Positions 22,360-36,472 are shown, numbered from the stretch's first letter. The stretch is DNA of 64,000 bases from Mobula hypostoma (GCF_963921235.1 NC_086118.1:19718001-19782000); one strand, 5' to 3'. Program-made: numbers and translations. Notes: generated by a model from the sequence alone, not told the origin.

Positions 22360-25300
22360 TGACCTATCGAGTCTGCTCTGCCATTTGATCATGACTGATC
22401 CAATTTTCCTCTCAGCCCCAGTCTCCTGCCTTCTCCCTGTATCCCCTCATGACCAGACAAATCAAAAATCTATCAACCTCTGCCTTAAATGTACATAAAG
22501 ACGTGGCCTCCACAACTGCCTCTGGCAAAGAATTCCACAGATTCACCACTCTCTAGCTACAGAAATTCCTCTTCATCTCTGTTTTAAAAGGATGACCCTC
22601 TATTCTGAGGCATGCCTTCTGGTCTTAGTCTCTCCCATCATAGGAAACATCCTCTCCAAATCCATCCATGAAGACCTTTCACCATTCGATAGGTTTCAAT
22701 GAGGTCACCCCTCATTCTTCTGAATAGTGAATACAGGCCCAAAGCCTTCAGACGCTCTTAATATGACAAGCCATTCGATCCTGGAATCATTTTCATGAAT
22801 TTTCTTTGAACCTTCTCCAGTTTCAGCACATCCTTTCTAAGATAAGGGGCCCAAACCTGCTCACAATACTCCAAGTGAGGCCTCATCTGTACTTCATAAA
22901 GCTTCAACAATACATCATTACTTTAATATTCCAGTTCTCTTGAAATGTATGCTAATGTTGCATTTGTCTTCCTCACCGCAGACTCAACCTGCAAATTAAT
23001 CTTTAGGGAATCCTGCACAAGGACTCCCACGTCCCTTTGCATCTCAGTTTTTTGTATTTTCTCTCCATTTTGAAAATACTCAATCTTTTCATTTCTTTCA
23101 CTGAAGTGCATAACCATACACTTCCCAACACTATATTCCATCTGCCATTTCTTTACCCATTCTCTGGATTCTCCCTGTTCCGGACGGACATGTTTAAAAA
23201 TCTATCTGGGAAAAGTAAAGGAGGAGGGGTATGCTTCATAGTCAACAATGCTCGGTGTGACCCCTAGGATGTGTATGCCCGCAAAACCTTTTGTTCCCCA
23301 GACCTGGAATACCAGGTGCTGTTCTGCAGACCCTACTGGCTGCCTAGGGAGTTCACGGCTGTTATCATCACTGCGGTGTACATTCCGCCGCAGGCTGATA
23401 CTGACCTGGCTCTCAAGGAACTGTACAGGACCATCAAAACACTGGAGATTGCACACCCAGAGGCTGCCTTTATCGGTGCCGGTATCTTTAAACAAGCGTC
23501 ACTGATGAAAGTCTCTCCGAAGTTTTGTCAGCACATCCAGGTGAGCACTCATGGAGATGGCACACTTGACCACTGCAACCCTCCCTTCCACAACACATAC
23601 AAAGCTCTCCCTTGCCCAGCTTTTGGAGAATCAGATCACTCTTCAATCCTGCTTTTGCTGACACACAAAAGCTGAAACAAGATGCGCCCATAGTTAAAAA
23701 TGTCCACTGTTGGTCCGACCAATCGGTCTCCATGCTGTAGGACTGCTTTGATGACGTCGACTGGAATGTCTTCCATGATGAGGATGTCTCCGAATTTACG
23801 GAGGGAGTCATGTGCTTCATCCAGAAATGCATCGATGATGTTGTCCCCCAGAAGTCGGTCAGGGTCTTCCCGAACCAGAAACCCTGGATCAATAGTTCCG
23901 TGCAAGCGGCACTTACAGCACAACATAGAGCTTGCGTTGCAGGCAATCAGCAGGAGCCCAAGGAAAGCAGCTACGATCTGTGCAAAGCAACAACGCAGGG
24001 ATAAGGTTGAGTGAAGATTCACTACAAATATCACACGTGACTTGTGACGAGGTTTGCACACCATCGCAAACTTCAAAGTCAAACGTAGTGGTACCGCCAA
24101 AATCGCCGCCTCTCTCTCAGATGAGCTCAGTCGCTTTTACACTCAATTCGATGTCGCTAACTCTGAGCCTCCAAGGAAAGCCACCGCTACAGCTTGCAAC
24201 CTGGTCATCTCTATGTTTCCAACGAGCGGACAGCCACAAGGTTGCGGTACCAGACGGCATCCCGGGGCGAGTACTCAGGATGTGCGCAGTGCAACTGGCA
24301 GGTGTGTTTACAGACATTTTTAATCACTCCCTCTCCCAGTGTAGTTTGGCCTCCTGCTTCAAATCATCTACCATTGTTCCTATACCAAAAGAGACCAAAG
24401 TAACATGCCTGAATGACTGGTGTCCTGAAGCACTCACCTCAATAATGAGCAAATGCTTTTAGAGGCTGGTAAAGGACTACATTTGCAACATGCTACCACC
24501 CAAAATGGACCCCCTACAATTTGCCTACCGGCACAACCGATCAACAGACAACACAATAGCCTCTGCTCTACGTAGTGTCTTTACACATCTAGAGAAGAAG
24601 GATGCTTATGTGAGAATGCTGTTCTTGGACTACAGTTCAGCATTCAAAATCATAATTCCCTCCAGGCTCGACAGGAAGCTCAGAGATCTTGGCCTTGACC
24701 TGCCTTGTGCAGCTGGATCCTGGACTTCCTGTCAGATCACCAGCAGGTAGTGAGTGGGCTCCCTCACCTCCACCCCTCTAACACTCAACACAGGAGCCCC
24801 TCCGGGCTGTGTACGAAGTCCCCTCCTTTGCTCCCTGTATACCATGACTGTGTCACCACCCACAGCTCTAATCTGCTAATTAAATTTGCCAACGACACTA
24901 CATTGATGGGCCTAATCTCAAGCAATAATGAGGTGGCCTACAGGGAAGAAGTCATCTTTCTGACACAGTGATGTCAAGAAAACAGCCTCTCCCTCAATGT
25001 CACAAAAACAAAGGAGCTGTTTATGGATTACAGGAGAAATGGAGATGGACTAACCCCTATTGATATCAATGGATCTGGGGTTGAGAGGATAAACAGCTGT
25101 AAGTTCCTCGGCATAAACATCACTGAGGACCTCACATGGACTGTACACATCAGCTGTGTGGTGAAAGAGGCACAACAGCACCTTTTGCACCTCAGAAAGT
25201 TGAGGAAGTTTGGTATCGGTCCCCAAGTCCTAACAACTTTCTACAGGGTCACAACTGAGAGCATCCTGACTGGCTGCATCACTGCCTGGTATGGGAACTG

Positions 25301-26985
25301 TACATCCCTTAATCGCAAGATTCTGCAGAGTGTGGTGCCGACAGCCCAGCACATCTGTAGTTGTGAACTTCCCATGATTCAGGACATTTACAAAGACAGG
25401 TGTGTAAAAAGGGCCCAAGGATCATTGGGGACCTGAGTCACCCCAAACACAATCTATTCCAGCTGCTACCATCGGGAAATGGTACTGCAGCATAAAAGCC
25501 AGGACCAACAGGCTCCGGGACAGCTTCTTCCACCAGGCCAGCAGACTGATTAACTCACGCTGATTTGAGTGCATTTCTATGTTACATTGAATGTTCTATT
25601 TATTATAAATTACTTAGACAGAGATGTAACATAAAGATTTCTATTCCTCATGTATGTGAAGGATGTAAGAAATAAAGTCAATTCAATCAGTTCAAGTCCT
25701 TCCATAGCCTCTCTACTTCCTCAAAACTACTTACCCTACAGCTATCTTCATACTGTCTGCAAACTTTGCAACAAAGCCATCAATTCCATCATCTAAATCG
25801 TTGACATATAACATAAAAAGAATCTGTCCAAACACAGACCCTGTGGAACACCACTAGTCATCAGCAGCCAGGCAGAAAAGGCTCCTTTTATTGCCATTCT
25901 TTGTCTCCTTCCAATCAGCCATTGCTTTATCCATGCTAAAATCTTTCATGTAATTTCCTGTAATCGCTTGTTAGGCAGCCTCATGTGTGGAACCTTGTCA
26001 AGTGCCTTCTGGAAAACCAAGTACACAACATCGACCAATTCTCCTTTGTCTATCCTGCCTGTTACCTCTTCAAAGAATTCCGACAGATTTTTCTGGCAAG
26101 ATTTTCTCTTGAGGAAACCATGTTGACTATGACCCATTTTATCATTTGCCTCCAAGCATTCTGAGACCTCATCCTTAATAATTGACTCCAACATCTTCCC
26201 AACACTGAGGTCAAACTAGCCGACCTATAGTTTCCTTTCTTCTGTCTCTCTCCCTTCTTGAAGAGTTGAGTGACTGTTGCAATTTTTCAATCTTCCAGGA
26301 CCATTGCAGAATCTAGTGATTCTTGAAAGATCTTTATTAATGCCTCCACCATCTCTTCAGCTACCTCTTTCTGAACTCCGGGATGTACACCATCTGGTCC
26401 AGCTGACTTATCTACCTTTAAACATTCCATTTTTCCAAGAACCTTCTCTAATTATGGCAACTTCACAAACTTCATGCTCCCTGACACCTGGAACTTCCAC
26501 CGTACTGCTAGTGTCTTCCACAATGAAGACTAATGCAAAATACTTGTTTAGTCTGTCCACTATTTCATTGTCCCCTATTACTACATCTCCAGCATCATGT
26601 TCCAACAGTCCAATATCTACCCTCACCTCTCTTTTACACTTTATGTATCTGAAGAAACTTCTGGTATCTTCTTTAATATTATTGGCTAGGTTACTTTGGT
26701 ATTCCTTCTTTACCTTAATTACTTTTTTAGTTGCCTTCTGTTGGTTTTTAAAAGCTAGCCAATCCTCTAACTTCTCACTAATCTTTGATCTGTTATATGC
26801 CCTCTCTTTGGCTTTTATGTTGGCTTAGACTTTTCTTCTTAGCTGTGGTTGTGTCATCCTTCCTTTAGAATAATTCTTCCTTTCAGGATGTATATCCCAA
26901 CTGCTTTCAGAAATTTCAGCCATTGCTGCTCTGCCGTCATCCCTGCCAGTTTTCTTTTCCAATCAATTCTGGCCAACTCCTCCCT
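22360..26985 (-). mobile_element. CR1 ORF2 (RT to 3' end), split by the Rex1 at 23165-25685
   Basis: SQHGFLKRKSC..EFFEEVT..DKVPH and KCMVMHFS..RDVGVLV frames; sequence is continuous across the insertion. Confidence 0.88.
23165..25685 (+). mobile_element. Rex1/Babar LINE (family R2): APE and RT, decayed
   Basis: GGGVCFIVNN, CRPYWLPREFTAVIITAVYIPP, DPLQFAYR, LDYSSAF, KFAND, KFLG; tail aataaagtcaattcaa. Confidence 0.92.
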
Positions 26986-27199
26986 CTATCTCTAATCATA
27001 TGCTGGTCACGAGAGTACTTACCCAGCTACATTGTAAGGATCCGTAATAATTAATGGTTCACAAGATGAACAGCAGCAATCAATTGATGACAAAAATACT
27101 TGATGAAAGTCTACCATAGATATTGCTTCAAGGGCAGATCAAAGATAGGGTATACTGTGTTGAGTGATTCCCCACAGCATTTCCAATAGTTTCAATGTA

Positions 27200-27613
27200 C
27201 AAGTCAGGAGTGTGAAAGAATACTCTCCACTTACCTGAATGAGTGTAGGTTAACACCATCCAGGACAGAGGCTTCCATGTTTACCATCTACAAAATGCAC
27301 ACATTTGTTCAACTAGGGCATTCCATGTCCTCCAACCATCATGCAGGACAAAGAAAGGAGACACATTTGAACATTGTTACTTGCAGGTTACACTGAGAAC
27401 CATGTATTGTACTAAATCTGAAATATTTTATGATTTCCCACCTTCACCAGACCCAAATCAAGGAACTCCCTGCCCTATAGCACTGTTGGAGTACCTTTAC
27501 CAGAAGGACTGGGACTGCACTGTTCAAGAAGGCAGTCCACCACCACAGTCCGAAAGGCAATTAACATCAGGTAATAGATGGTAGCTTATCACCAACGTCC
27601 ATATCCCAAAAAA
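27200..27613 (+). mobile_element. Ancient CR1/L2-group LINE 3' fragment
   Basis: caagtcaggagtgtgaaagaatactctccactt..ggaactccct..ttcaagaaggcag..caccaccac..catatcccaaaa. Confidence 0.5.
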
Positions 27614-28954
27614 ACAGACAAGTAAAATCATGATGGATAAATACTTTTCATACAGCAGTCCTCTCTGATAGACTAAAAAGGGCCGGCTTGTTATTATACT
27701 AATTCAACATCTGTTCTTCTTTGCTGATTCATTTAAATACATTATTTGCATTTGTCTTCATTTAAAATAATGGAATCACTTCAGTTCCAGAGAGATTACA
27801 GAAACAAGTAACATTCATTGTGTTTGTTGCATACAGTTAGCCAAAAGAGATCTCAAAATAGTCTCAGCTCTAACATTAGAAAATGGAATTCACTTGGCAC
27901 CCCAGGACCAACTTTATGGTTGAAAGGAGAACGAAGTGGTAATGTTAGGTTAAGAAAAGGTACATGATATTCCCTATCATGCCTTCTCTATCTTGAAGAA
28001 AAGTTTAACATAAGCATGTAGATTTTGTAAACTCTACCACATCCTTGCCATTTTATGCTCAGTGTCTCTTGTAGCAACCTTATGAGATATGATGAAGTTC
28101 ACTTACATTCAGAAAAGAACATGTACCATGCCACAATCAAAAGAGGCATCAGTGTACAGGAGACTGGTGAGCAGCAGCTCTTAGGGGAAGTGTGAGAAAA
28201 TGCTTCATCAAGGTAAGGTGTTACTGCCAGGCAGCTGGCAGTATCAGCATATTATAACATGTATTTGTCAGCAGAACTTTGGCACAGTCACTGTTGAAAT
28301 GTCATAGGGACAATAATAATTCCCTTTCCACTTGTCCTTTGCAAGGTTTCTGCAGCCTGAAAACTTATAGGAAATAAGTAATCCTTGATGGAGTTCATTG
28401 ATTGACAATCAAGACAAAGAGAAATTTAAAATAAGCAAAAAAATCATTTTCAACAATCAAAAGGAACATCCTCATGGAGTTCATCACATTCCTTCTTGTC
28501 TTTCAGAATATATTGGTCCAGCTGTAGTTTATGAATGCCATTTTTTTTCACTCTCAACATGATCACACAACAGCACAAGTGCTAATGTGCTAAAAGACAA
28601 CAGTTACTGTTGATATAATAGCTTTCCCATGAATGCACGCCCTGTATGTCTTAGTTACAGAATTCTGTCCCTCTCCAGTTCAAAGCTGCATTTTCAGACA
28701 GTGCCACTTGGGCTAAGATTGCTGAGCAGAGTTAGGTTGGTTCAATCTCAGCAGTTGCCTCCCATGATTCTTCTTCCTGTGAGAATTTGCAGCTGTAGAA
28801 GGCACGCCAGTGGTCAGAGTGCTCTGGCTGTAAGGTCTCAAAAGCAAGAGTGATGATTGTTCATGCTCTTTTGGAACCAGTTTGCAGAACTCTCTTCTCA
28901 CTGGGGTGTGATAGACAACACTATGTGCCAATATGCCTACAGCAGTGCCTCAGT

Positions 28955-29340
28955 CCAGCTCAGTTAGTGGCACTGCTGCTAGAGTAAGTGGGTTCCAGGT
29001 TTACCATAGATTCTACACAAAAGTCAGATTAGCACTCTAGTGCTGCACTAAAAAGGTTTGGCACTAATAGTAAGTAACAACTATCGGATGAAGTATTTAA
29101 TAATATGATCTCTCATGAACGTGAAGGTTCTTGTGACACTATTTTATCAAAGCCTGGATAAGGATCTGTTGCCTCCTTGCCAATATCTGTTTTAATTGTC
29201 TTTACTCAGAATTTTTAAAAAACCGCTCATTGTTATGACATATTTTTGGGATCCTGCTGTGCAAAGATTTGCTTCTGCATTCCTATATCAATCATGGTGC
29301 CCTTTTATAAGTATTTAACCTGCTGGTGCATTAAACTGAC
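28955..29340 (+). mobile_element. Highly degraded DeuSINE (SacSINE1/AmnSINE1-like)
   Basis: Colinear degenerate Deu-domain motifs recalled from the consensus: gtgctgcact, tcggatgaag, cactatttt, gccaatat, tgggatcctgctgtgc. Confidence 0.5.
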
Positions 29341-29349
29341 ATCTTGACT

Positions 29350-30344
29350 TCAGGTGACCAAGCAGTTTGAAAAGCTCAATGACTTGAGGGGTAGCTCAAG
29401 AGGAGCGGCCAGCAAGTGAGTGGGCCAGTGAAGGAGTGGAGCTTTGAGGCTTTGGCTCAAGGGATTCTGGCAGTTTTGGCAGTTGGACTGTGCAATCAAG
29501 TCAAAAATTTGAATAGCTCAGCAGAAAGCAGTTGATTAGACAATCAAGATTTGAATAACTCAGACTCTGCAGAAAGCCGCTGATTGGGCAATCGAAGTCA
29601 GGTGACCAAACAGTTTGAAAAGCTCAAACAAATAAATAGAGCGGTAGCTCAAGCGAAGCGGCCTGTGGAAAGCAGCCAGTGAAGGAGTGGAGCTTGAGGC
29701 TTTGGCTCGAGAGGCTTCGACAAGAAGAGGCAGAGGACGAGCTTGCTCCCAGTTAGGCTTTGCAATGCCTCCTGAGACGGTGACGTGCCTCTCATGTGAG
29801 ATGTGGCAATCTTGGGGAACTCCCCCCTCCCGCAGAGTTATATCTGCCAGAAGTGCATACGACTGGGCGATACGGAAGATCATGTAAGGAATCTGGAGCA
29901 GCAGCTGGATGCTGCCTGGTTTAGAGAGTATGCATTATGATCGGAGATTAAGGGAGCTGGGGCTTTACTCTTTGGAGAGAAGGAGGATGAGAGGAGACAT
30001 GATAGAGGTATACAAGATATTAAGAGGAATAGATAGAGTGGACAGCCAGCGCCTCTTCCCCAGGGCACCACTGCTCAATACAAGAGGACATGGCTTTAAG
30101 GTAAGGCGTGGGAAGTTCAAAGGAGATATCAGAGGAAGGTTTTTTACTCAGAGTGGTTGGTGCCTGGAATGCACTGCCTGAGTCAGTGGTGGAGGCAGAT
30201 ACACTAGTGAAATTTAAGAAACTACCAGACAGGTATATGGAGGAATTTAAGGTAGGGGGTTATATGGGAGGCAGGGTTTAAGGGTCAGCACAATATTGTG
30301 GGCCAAAGGGCCTGTACTGTGCTGTACTATTCTATGTTCTATGT
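29350..30344 (+). mobile_element. Internally deleted CR1 (5' UTR and ORF1 start fused to the ORF2 3' end)
   Basis: ORF1 ATG at 29765 (MPPETVTCLSCEMW); junction at ggatg 29907-29911; 3' part nearly identical to 8559-8990; tail ttctatgttctatg. Confidence 0.92.
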
Positions 30345-31747
30345 TAAAGCTGAACAGCTTTGCCAATTTACAGATTGTTTTGTGAAATCTCTTTTTTCAT
30401 TTTGATAGTCAGCTGGACATTCAAGTTATTAGTTGGATCTCAAGCAGGAGGTGTCACTAACAAATAAAATTCAATCCAGATTGGCTTCACTTAAACCTGA
30501 AAGTTCCTATCCTCTAACAAGGAGGAACTGACAAATCAATGCCCTAACCTGGTGAACCCTGAGCTTCTGCTCATTAAAGTCCAGCAATATTCCTGTTCAG
30601 GAAGTTCCATCTCTGGCACTTGATTCTAAACTGTTTGGTTCACGGTAAATGGGACTTGTCCTAAGGGAGTTTATGTCAAGCATGTAGAAACATTTCGGTA
30701 TGGGAATCCTTAATCATGGTAATATACTTCAGCACATGTCAGACACTTGGCTGAACAAATCCTTTTAAATTAATTTGGTTGACAGCATACTTTTCAGTAG
30801 AGTGTTAAAGCATTTTATATTAATAGGGTGGAGGATTATTCTAGGTAGATATAATTGACTGTAATTTGCAACATTATCATTACTCTAAAAAGTAGTCAGG
30901 ACTTTACTGACTACTGCAGGGACTTGCGGGCCAAAAAAAAAATTGATGTTTGTGACTTTGGATAAGAGAAAATTGGGAAAACTTAATTTAAATTTCAGAC
31001 CTCCTGTCATTTTTTAACAAATGTTTTTTATTCTCTCTAGAGTGTGTTTTAAATTCCCTACCAGTAAGACTGCAATACAATATTCTTTTCTCTTCGATGA
31101 TTTATTATTTTCATTCTCTTACACACCTTGCTTTTCTTTTTTTCTTGTGATTTTGTTTCCTCTTAGGATTGCCTGAGATTGTATATAACTGGATCACTCT
31201 TTTTCCTTTTTCAGATGACTTTGTGTTTACATCATAAGTCTTAGAATATAAATCTCATGAGCCTTTACATGTATTGGCAGCCAACGGTTCTCTGGAATGC
31301 CAATGCTATAGTATATAGCATGATTTTATTTTAACTAAATTAGAAAGGTCCATCCTGGAATAACAGCTTCTTTATTTCACCCAAAACCTCTTTTAGGAGG
31401 TTTTTTGGTTGTGCAGAGATGTTCTATTCTCTTGGTCTTTTGGGCACCCATACATGTATATGGATGATGCTGCTGTTGGATTAGATTAGATGCCTCAGAA
31501 AGAAATGGAGTATTCTTCTCATTAGACATACTGCATTCTGTAATTGAATTGGAATAATCCAAAGAAATATATAAAAGATGAAATAATGAAGAGATTGCTC
31601 AACCTTTTATTGGAGATGTGGTTCATAAATCCATTCACTTATTTGTGAACTTAAACATGATACATTGATAGATGGCCAGGTTTGCCATTCCATTGCTATC
31701 AAGACAATGGGTTTAAGGGACTTGAAAAATACCAGACATGGACCAGA

Positions 31748-32455
31748 TCATTAACAATGATCTTTCAAAAATCATTGCGCTCTGGCATGGTGCCAGAGGA
31801 CTAGAAAATTGCAAATGTCACTCCACTCTTAAAGAAAGGAGGAAGGCAACAGAAAGGAAATTATAGACCAGTTAGTCTGACCTCAGTGGCTGGGAAGATG
31901 TTGGAGTCAATAGTTAAGAATGAGGTTATGGAGTTCCTGGCGATACAGGACAAGGTAGGACAAAGTCAGCATGGTTTCCTTAAGCAAAAATCTTGCCAGG
32001 CGAACCTGTTGGAATTCTTTGAGGGGACTACATGTAGGGTAGTGAAAGGGAATGCAGTGGATATTTGGACTTCCAGAAGGCCTTTCACAAGGTGCCACAC
32101 GTGAGGCTGCTCACCAAGTTGAGCTCATGATACTACAGGAAAGTTACTAACATGTTTTGAGCACTGGCTGGTTGGTAGGAGACAACAAGTGGGAATAAAA
32201 GGATCCTTTTCTGGTTGGCTGCCAGTGATTAGTGGTGTTCTGCACGGGTCGAGGATGGGACCACTTCTTCTTATGCTGTGTATTAATGATTTAGATGATG
32301 GAATAAACAGCTTTGTTGCCATTGCCAGATGATACGAAGACGGGTGGAAGGCCAGGTACTGTTGAGGGAACAGGTAGGCTGCAGAAGGACTTAGACAGAT
32401 TCAGATAATGGACAAGAAAGTGGTAAATGAAGGACATTGTTGGAAAATGCATGAT
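31748..32455 (+). mobile_element. CR1 RT fragment
   Basis: GKMLESIVK..SQHGFLKQKSCQANLLEFFE. Confidence 0.85.
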
Positions 32456-33099
32456 CTGTTAATCGCTGCCCTATTGGCTGTTAGACAAATGGGTTTGCTG
32501 AAGTATAAAGGCATTGTTGTTATGGATTTTCAACAGATTCTCATGATGACTCACACTTTGGCCAAGAAAATTGTAATTCTGAGAACTAACTGCTGTGTTG
32601 CATGGTGGTAAATTGTTGTTTTGAGAACTGAGAGAACTTATAGACTGATTTCCATTGTCTGTATTGTGAGCATTTCTCATGATTTCACATATTACAGACA
32701 GGGCCAGGTGAAGGCTCATATATACACTCCAGGATGAAGATTAATCTGCTGCAGTTTAATTTCCAGTGTGCCTTTCAGCTAACCAGCCTCAATTATAGCA
32801 CTTGAGTTTATCAAACTTTTTTTACATAAAGAATCCAACCAACAGCTACCAACTTCAGTCTTAAATATTCCATTCTCACTAAGTTAAAAAAAACTCTTAC
32901 GTCTAATCTAATGACCATACCAAGCATAAACCAGCACATAATTCAAGTACCAGATATTAATACACGATACTCACTGTACAATTTCAGGTTGATGTTTACC
33001 CAGACTTTGCAGCATTACATTCTGGAATGCTTTGCTCAATATTCTGTAGCATAAGGGCTTCATACAGCAGTGTTATACTGAATAGAACAAATGGAATAT

Positions 33100-33290
33100 A
33101 CCCTGGGCATCCTTCCCATGGAATGTATGGGTTTTCCCCAGGTGTTCTGGGTTCTTCCCACAGTCCAAAAACATCCTGGGTAGGTTAATTGGTCATGGTA
33201 AATTGTCCCATGATTAGGTTAGGGTTATTTGTGTTTGTGGGATTGCTGGGGCCAGAAGGGACTACTCCATGCAGGATCGCTGAATTTTAA
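33100..33290 (+). mobile_element. V-SINE/HE1-like SINE fragment
   Basis: tgggttttccccaggtgttctgggttcttcccacagtccaaaaacat..ggtaggttaattgg. Confidence 0.65.
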
Positions 33291-34308
33291 GAAAATACAA
33301 TACAATCATTAAATTGAACAAGAAAATAGTTCATTATTTAACTAGGTCATATTGAAATGTTGTTTAACAGTATAGGCAGTTAATCCCAATAGCTCAATAA
33401 CACACTATGAACATAAACTCATCAATAGTTACATAGGATTTTGAAATCTTCATAATTAATATTTTTGATTGATTTCAATTTGGCTTTAAATCTTGAAACA
33501 TTATTGAGTTTTGTTTTTTAGCAACCAGTATTTGTATCTGTAATGGTGCAAATTACATGCTAATGTCTCAGAATACCCCCATCCCCAAGAACACATGCCT
33601 TCCTAATCTAAGGGGATCCTTATATTTCTTAAATGCATTGATATATCCTAAAACTGTGGATGAAAAGTCATTGCAAATTCCTACTGGCTTGCAGTGGATT
33701 TTTGTGAAATTTGAACAAAGCTGTGCTCTCAATAAACTGCAAACTAAAGGAAAATTTGGACGTTTCAAAACTTTACAGTGACTTCTGAAAGCTACATTGG
33801 ACCCTGCTGTCCAACCCAGGATAAAACCCCACTACAGTCAGTCGTTCACATGATCCTCTGGTATCCACCTCAACTTCCTACCCCTGGATCTTTCCACATA
33901 ATTTGTTGGAGCCTTGGACATGACTACTTCACTGTTGTTGGGTTTGAAGCCTCAGAGTCTGACCATCCCCAGTACTGTTGTGCTCAGATGTGATTAGTGT
34001 CGAATGCACCACCCTTGGATCCCCAACCCACGCTACTTTCTGACATTGGACCATCTTCACTTATTGATGCAGAGATTTGCTCTTTCAAACTCCCTCCCTC
34101 CTTTTCTCATCACTCTACGTCTTTCTCTCATTTCTACCCTGTTTTTACACATTATTTCCATTCCCATCTCAACTTTTTTTCCTCTCTTTTATCTCTTCCC
34201 CAGGTTACCCAATTCTCGGCCCCCTCCTTCTTCATCTCTTCCCTTCTTTCCCACCCCTTTTCTCCACCCTTCCACTCTATCTCATCATCTCCTTGCTCTC
34301 TCAGTATT

Positions 34309-34353
34309 TCTCTCTCTCTCTCTCTCTCTCTCCCTCCCTCTCTCCCTCTCTCC
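34309..34353. repeat. (TC)n microsatellite ending a pyrimidine-rich tract
   Basis: Seen directly. Confidence 0.9.
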
Positions 34354-34372
34354 TAATGCCCTGGCTCAAAGT

Positions 34373-35755
34373 TAGACCATCAGACCATAAGACAAAAGAG
34401 CACATTTAGGCCATTCAGCCCATCAAGTCTGCTCCCTAATTCCATCATGGCTGATTTATTATCCCTCTCAATCCCATTCTCCTGCCTTCTCCCATAACTT
34501 TTGATGCCCTGAAACTCCTCCTCATCTGTGTTCTAAATGGATGTCCCTCTATTCTGAGGTTATAGCCTCTGGACCTAGACTCACCCACTATGTGAAACAG
34601 CCTCTCCAATTCTCCTCTATGTAGGCCTTTCAAAATTCTGTAGATTTCAATGACACCCCCTTTATTCTTCTAAATTCCTGTGAGTACAGGCCCAGAGCTA
34701 TCAAACGCTCCTCATATGTTAATACTTTTATTTCCAGAATCATTCTTGTGAACCTCCTCCAGACTTTCTTCAACGCCAGCACATTTTTTCTTGGATAAGG
34801 GGCCAAAAACTGCTCACCATAGTCAAAGTGCAGTCTGACCAATGCCTTATAGAGCCTTAGCATTACATTCTTGCTTTTATATTCTAGTATTCACAAAATG
34901 AATGGTAACATTGCATTTGCCTTACATACCACCAACTTCCCCTGCAAGTTAACTGTAGGGAATCCTGCACGAGAACTCCCAAGTCCCTTTCCACCTCAGA
35001 TTTTTGAATTTTCTCCCCATTTAGAAAATAAGTCTATGCCTATATTCCTTCTACGAAAATGCATGACCACCCACACTTCCTTACACTACACTCCATCAGC
35101 CACTTATTTGCCCATTCTCCCAGTCTGTTTAAGTCCTTCAGCAGACTGCCTGCTTCCTTACCACTATCTGCCCCTTCGCCCATCTTTGGATCATCTGCAA
35201 AATTGGTGACAAAGCCATCAATTCAGCCATACAAATCATTGAAACATAACTTAGCAAGAAGTGGTCCGAACACTGATCGCTGCATAGTCACCGGCCAGCA
35301 AAGCAAGAAAAGTCCTCTTTATTCCCACTCTTTGCTTCCTGCCAGTCAGCCAACCTTCTATCCATGTTGGCATATTTCTTGTAATACTATTCCCTATCTT
35401 GTTAAACAGCCTTGTGTGTGGTACCTTGTCAAAGGCCTTCAGAAAATCCAAGAAAACAGCATCCACTCACTGTTCTTTATCTAGCCTGTTTGTTATTTCC
35501 TCATAGAATTGGAACATATTTGTCAGGCAAGATTTCCCCTTAAGGAGACAATGCTGACTTTGACCTATTTCATCATGTGCCTCCATGTACCCCAAAATGC
35601 CATCCTTAATAAAGGACTCCAACACCTTTCCAAGCACTGAGGTCAGGCTAACTGGCCTATAATTTCATTTCTTCGACTCCCTTCCTTCTTAAAGAGCGGA
35701 GTGACATTTGCAATTTTCCAGTCCTGTTCTTTGGACCATTTCAGAATATAGTGAT
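34373..35755 (-). mobile_element. CR1 RT to 3' end
   Basis: DAVFLDFLKAFDKVPH; LRLYKALVRLH; antisense tail agaccatcagaccataag. Confidence 0.88.
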
Positions 35756-35756
35756 G

Positions 35757-36472
35757 AATTGAGTGAGTGAATGAATTGAACGAATTGATTTTTTTTCTTA
35801 CATCCTTCACATACACGAGGAATAAAAATCTTTACATTACCTCTCCGTCTAAATGTGCAATATGCAATCATAGTAATTTATAATAAATAAAACAGTCAAT
35901 TTAACATAGAATACACTCAAATTAGCGTGAGTTAATCAGTCTGATGGTGTGGTGGTAGAAGCTGTCCCGGAGCCTGTTGGTCCTGGCTTTTATGCTGCGG
36001 TACTGTTTCTCGAATGGTAGCAGCTGGAATAGATTGTGGTTGTGGTGACTCGGGTCCCCAATGATCCTATGGGCCCTTTTTACACACCTGTCTTTGTAAA
36101 TGTCCTGAATCATGGGAAGTTCACAACTGCAGATGTGCAGGGCTGTCCGCACCATTCTCTGCAGAGTATGCAGAGTATGGGAGGTACAGTTCCCATACCA
36201 GACAGTGATGCAGCCAGTCAAGATGCTCTCAATTGTGCCCCTGTAGAAAGTTCTTAGGATTTGAGGGCCCATACCAAACTTCCTCAACCATCTGAGGTGA
36301 AAGAAACGCTGTTGTGCTTTTTTCAACACATAGCTGGTGTGTACAGATCATGTGAGGTCCTCGGTGATGTGGATGCCCAGCAACTTAAAGCTGTTTACAC
36401 TCTCAACCCCAGATCCATTGATGTCAATAAGGGGTTAGCCCATCTCCATTCCTCCTGTAATCCACAAACCGC
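35757..36472 (-). mobile_element. Rex1/Babar family R2, 3' fragment
   Basis: ORF 35922-36329 KKAQQRFFHLRWLRKFG..; homologous to ~25020-25685. Confidence 0.9.

Noticed and set aside
28718..28756. Short hairpin attgctgag..ctcagcagt as a possible miRNA
   Set aside because: Stem of only ~9 bp; no match to a mature miRNA I recognise.
31377..31562. Possible minus-strand exon after a ttacag acceptor-like site
   Set aside because: Peptide not recognisable; no partner exons identified.
33997..34409. Three-frame S/L/F/P-rich ORFs
   Set aside because: Artefact of a pyrimidine-rich low-complexity tract.
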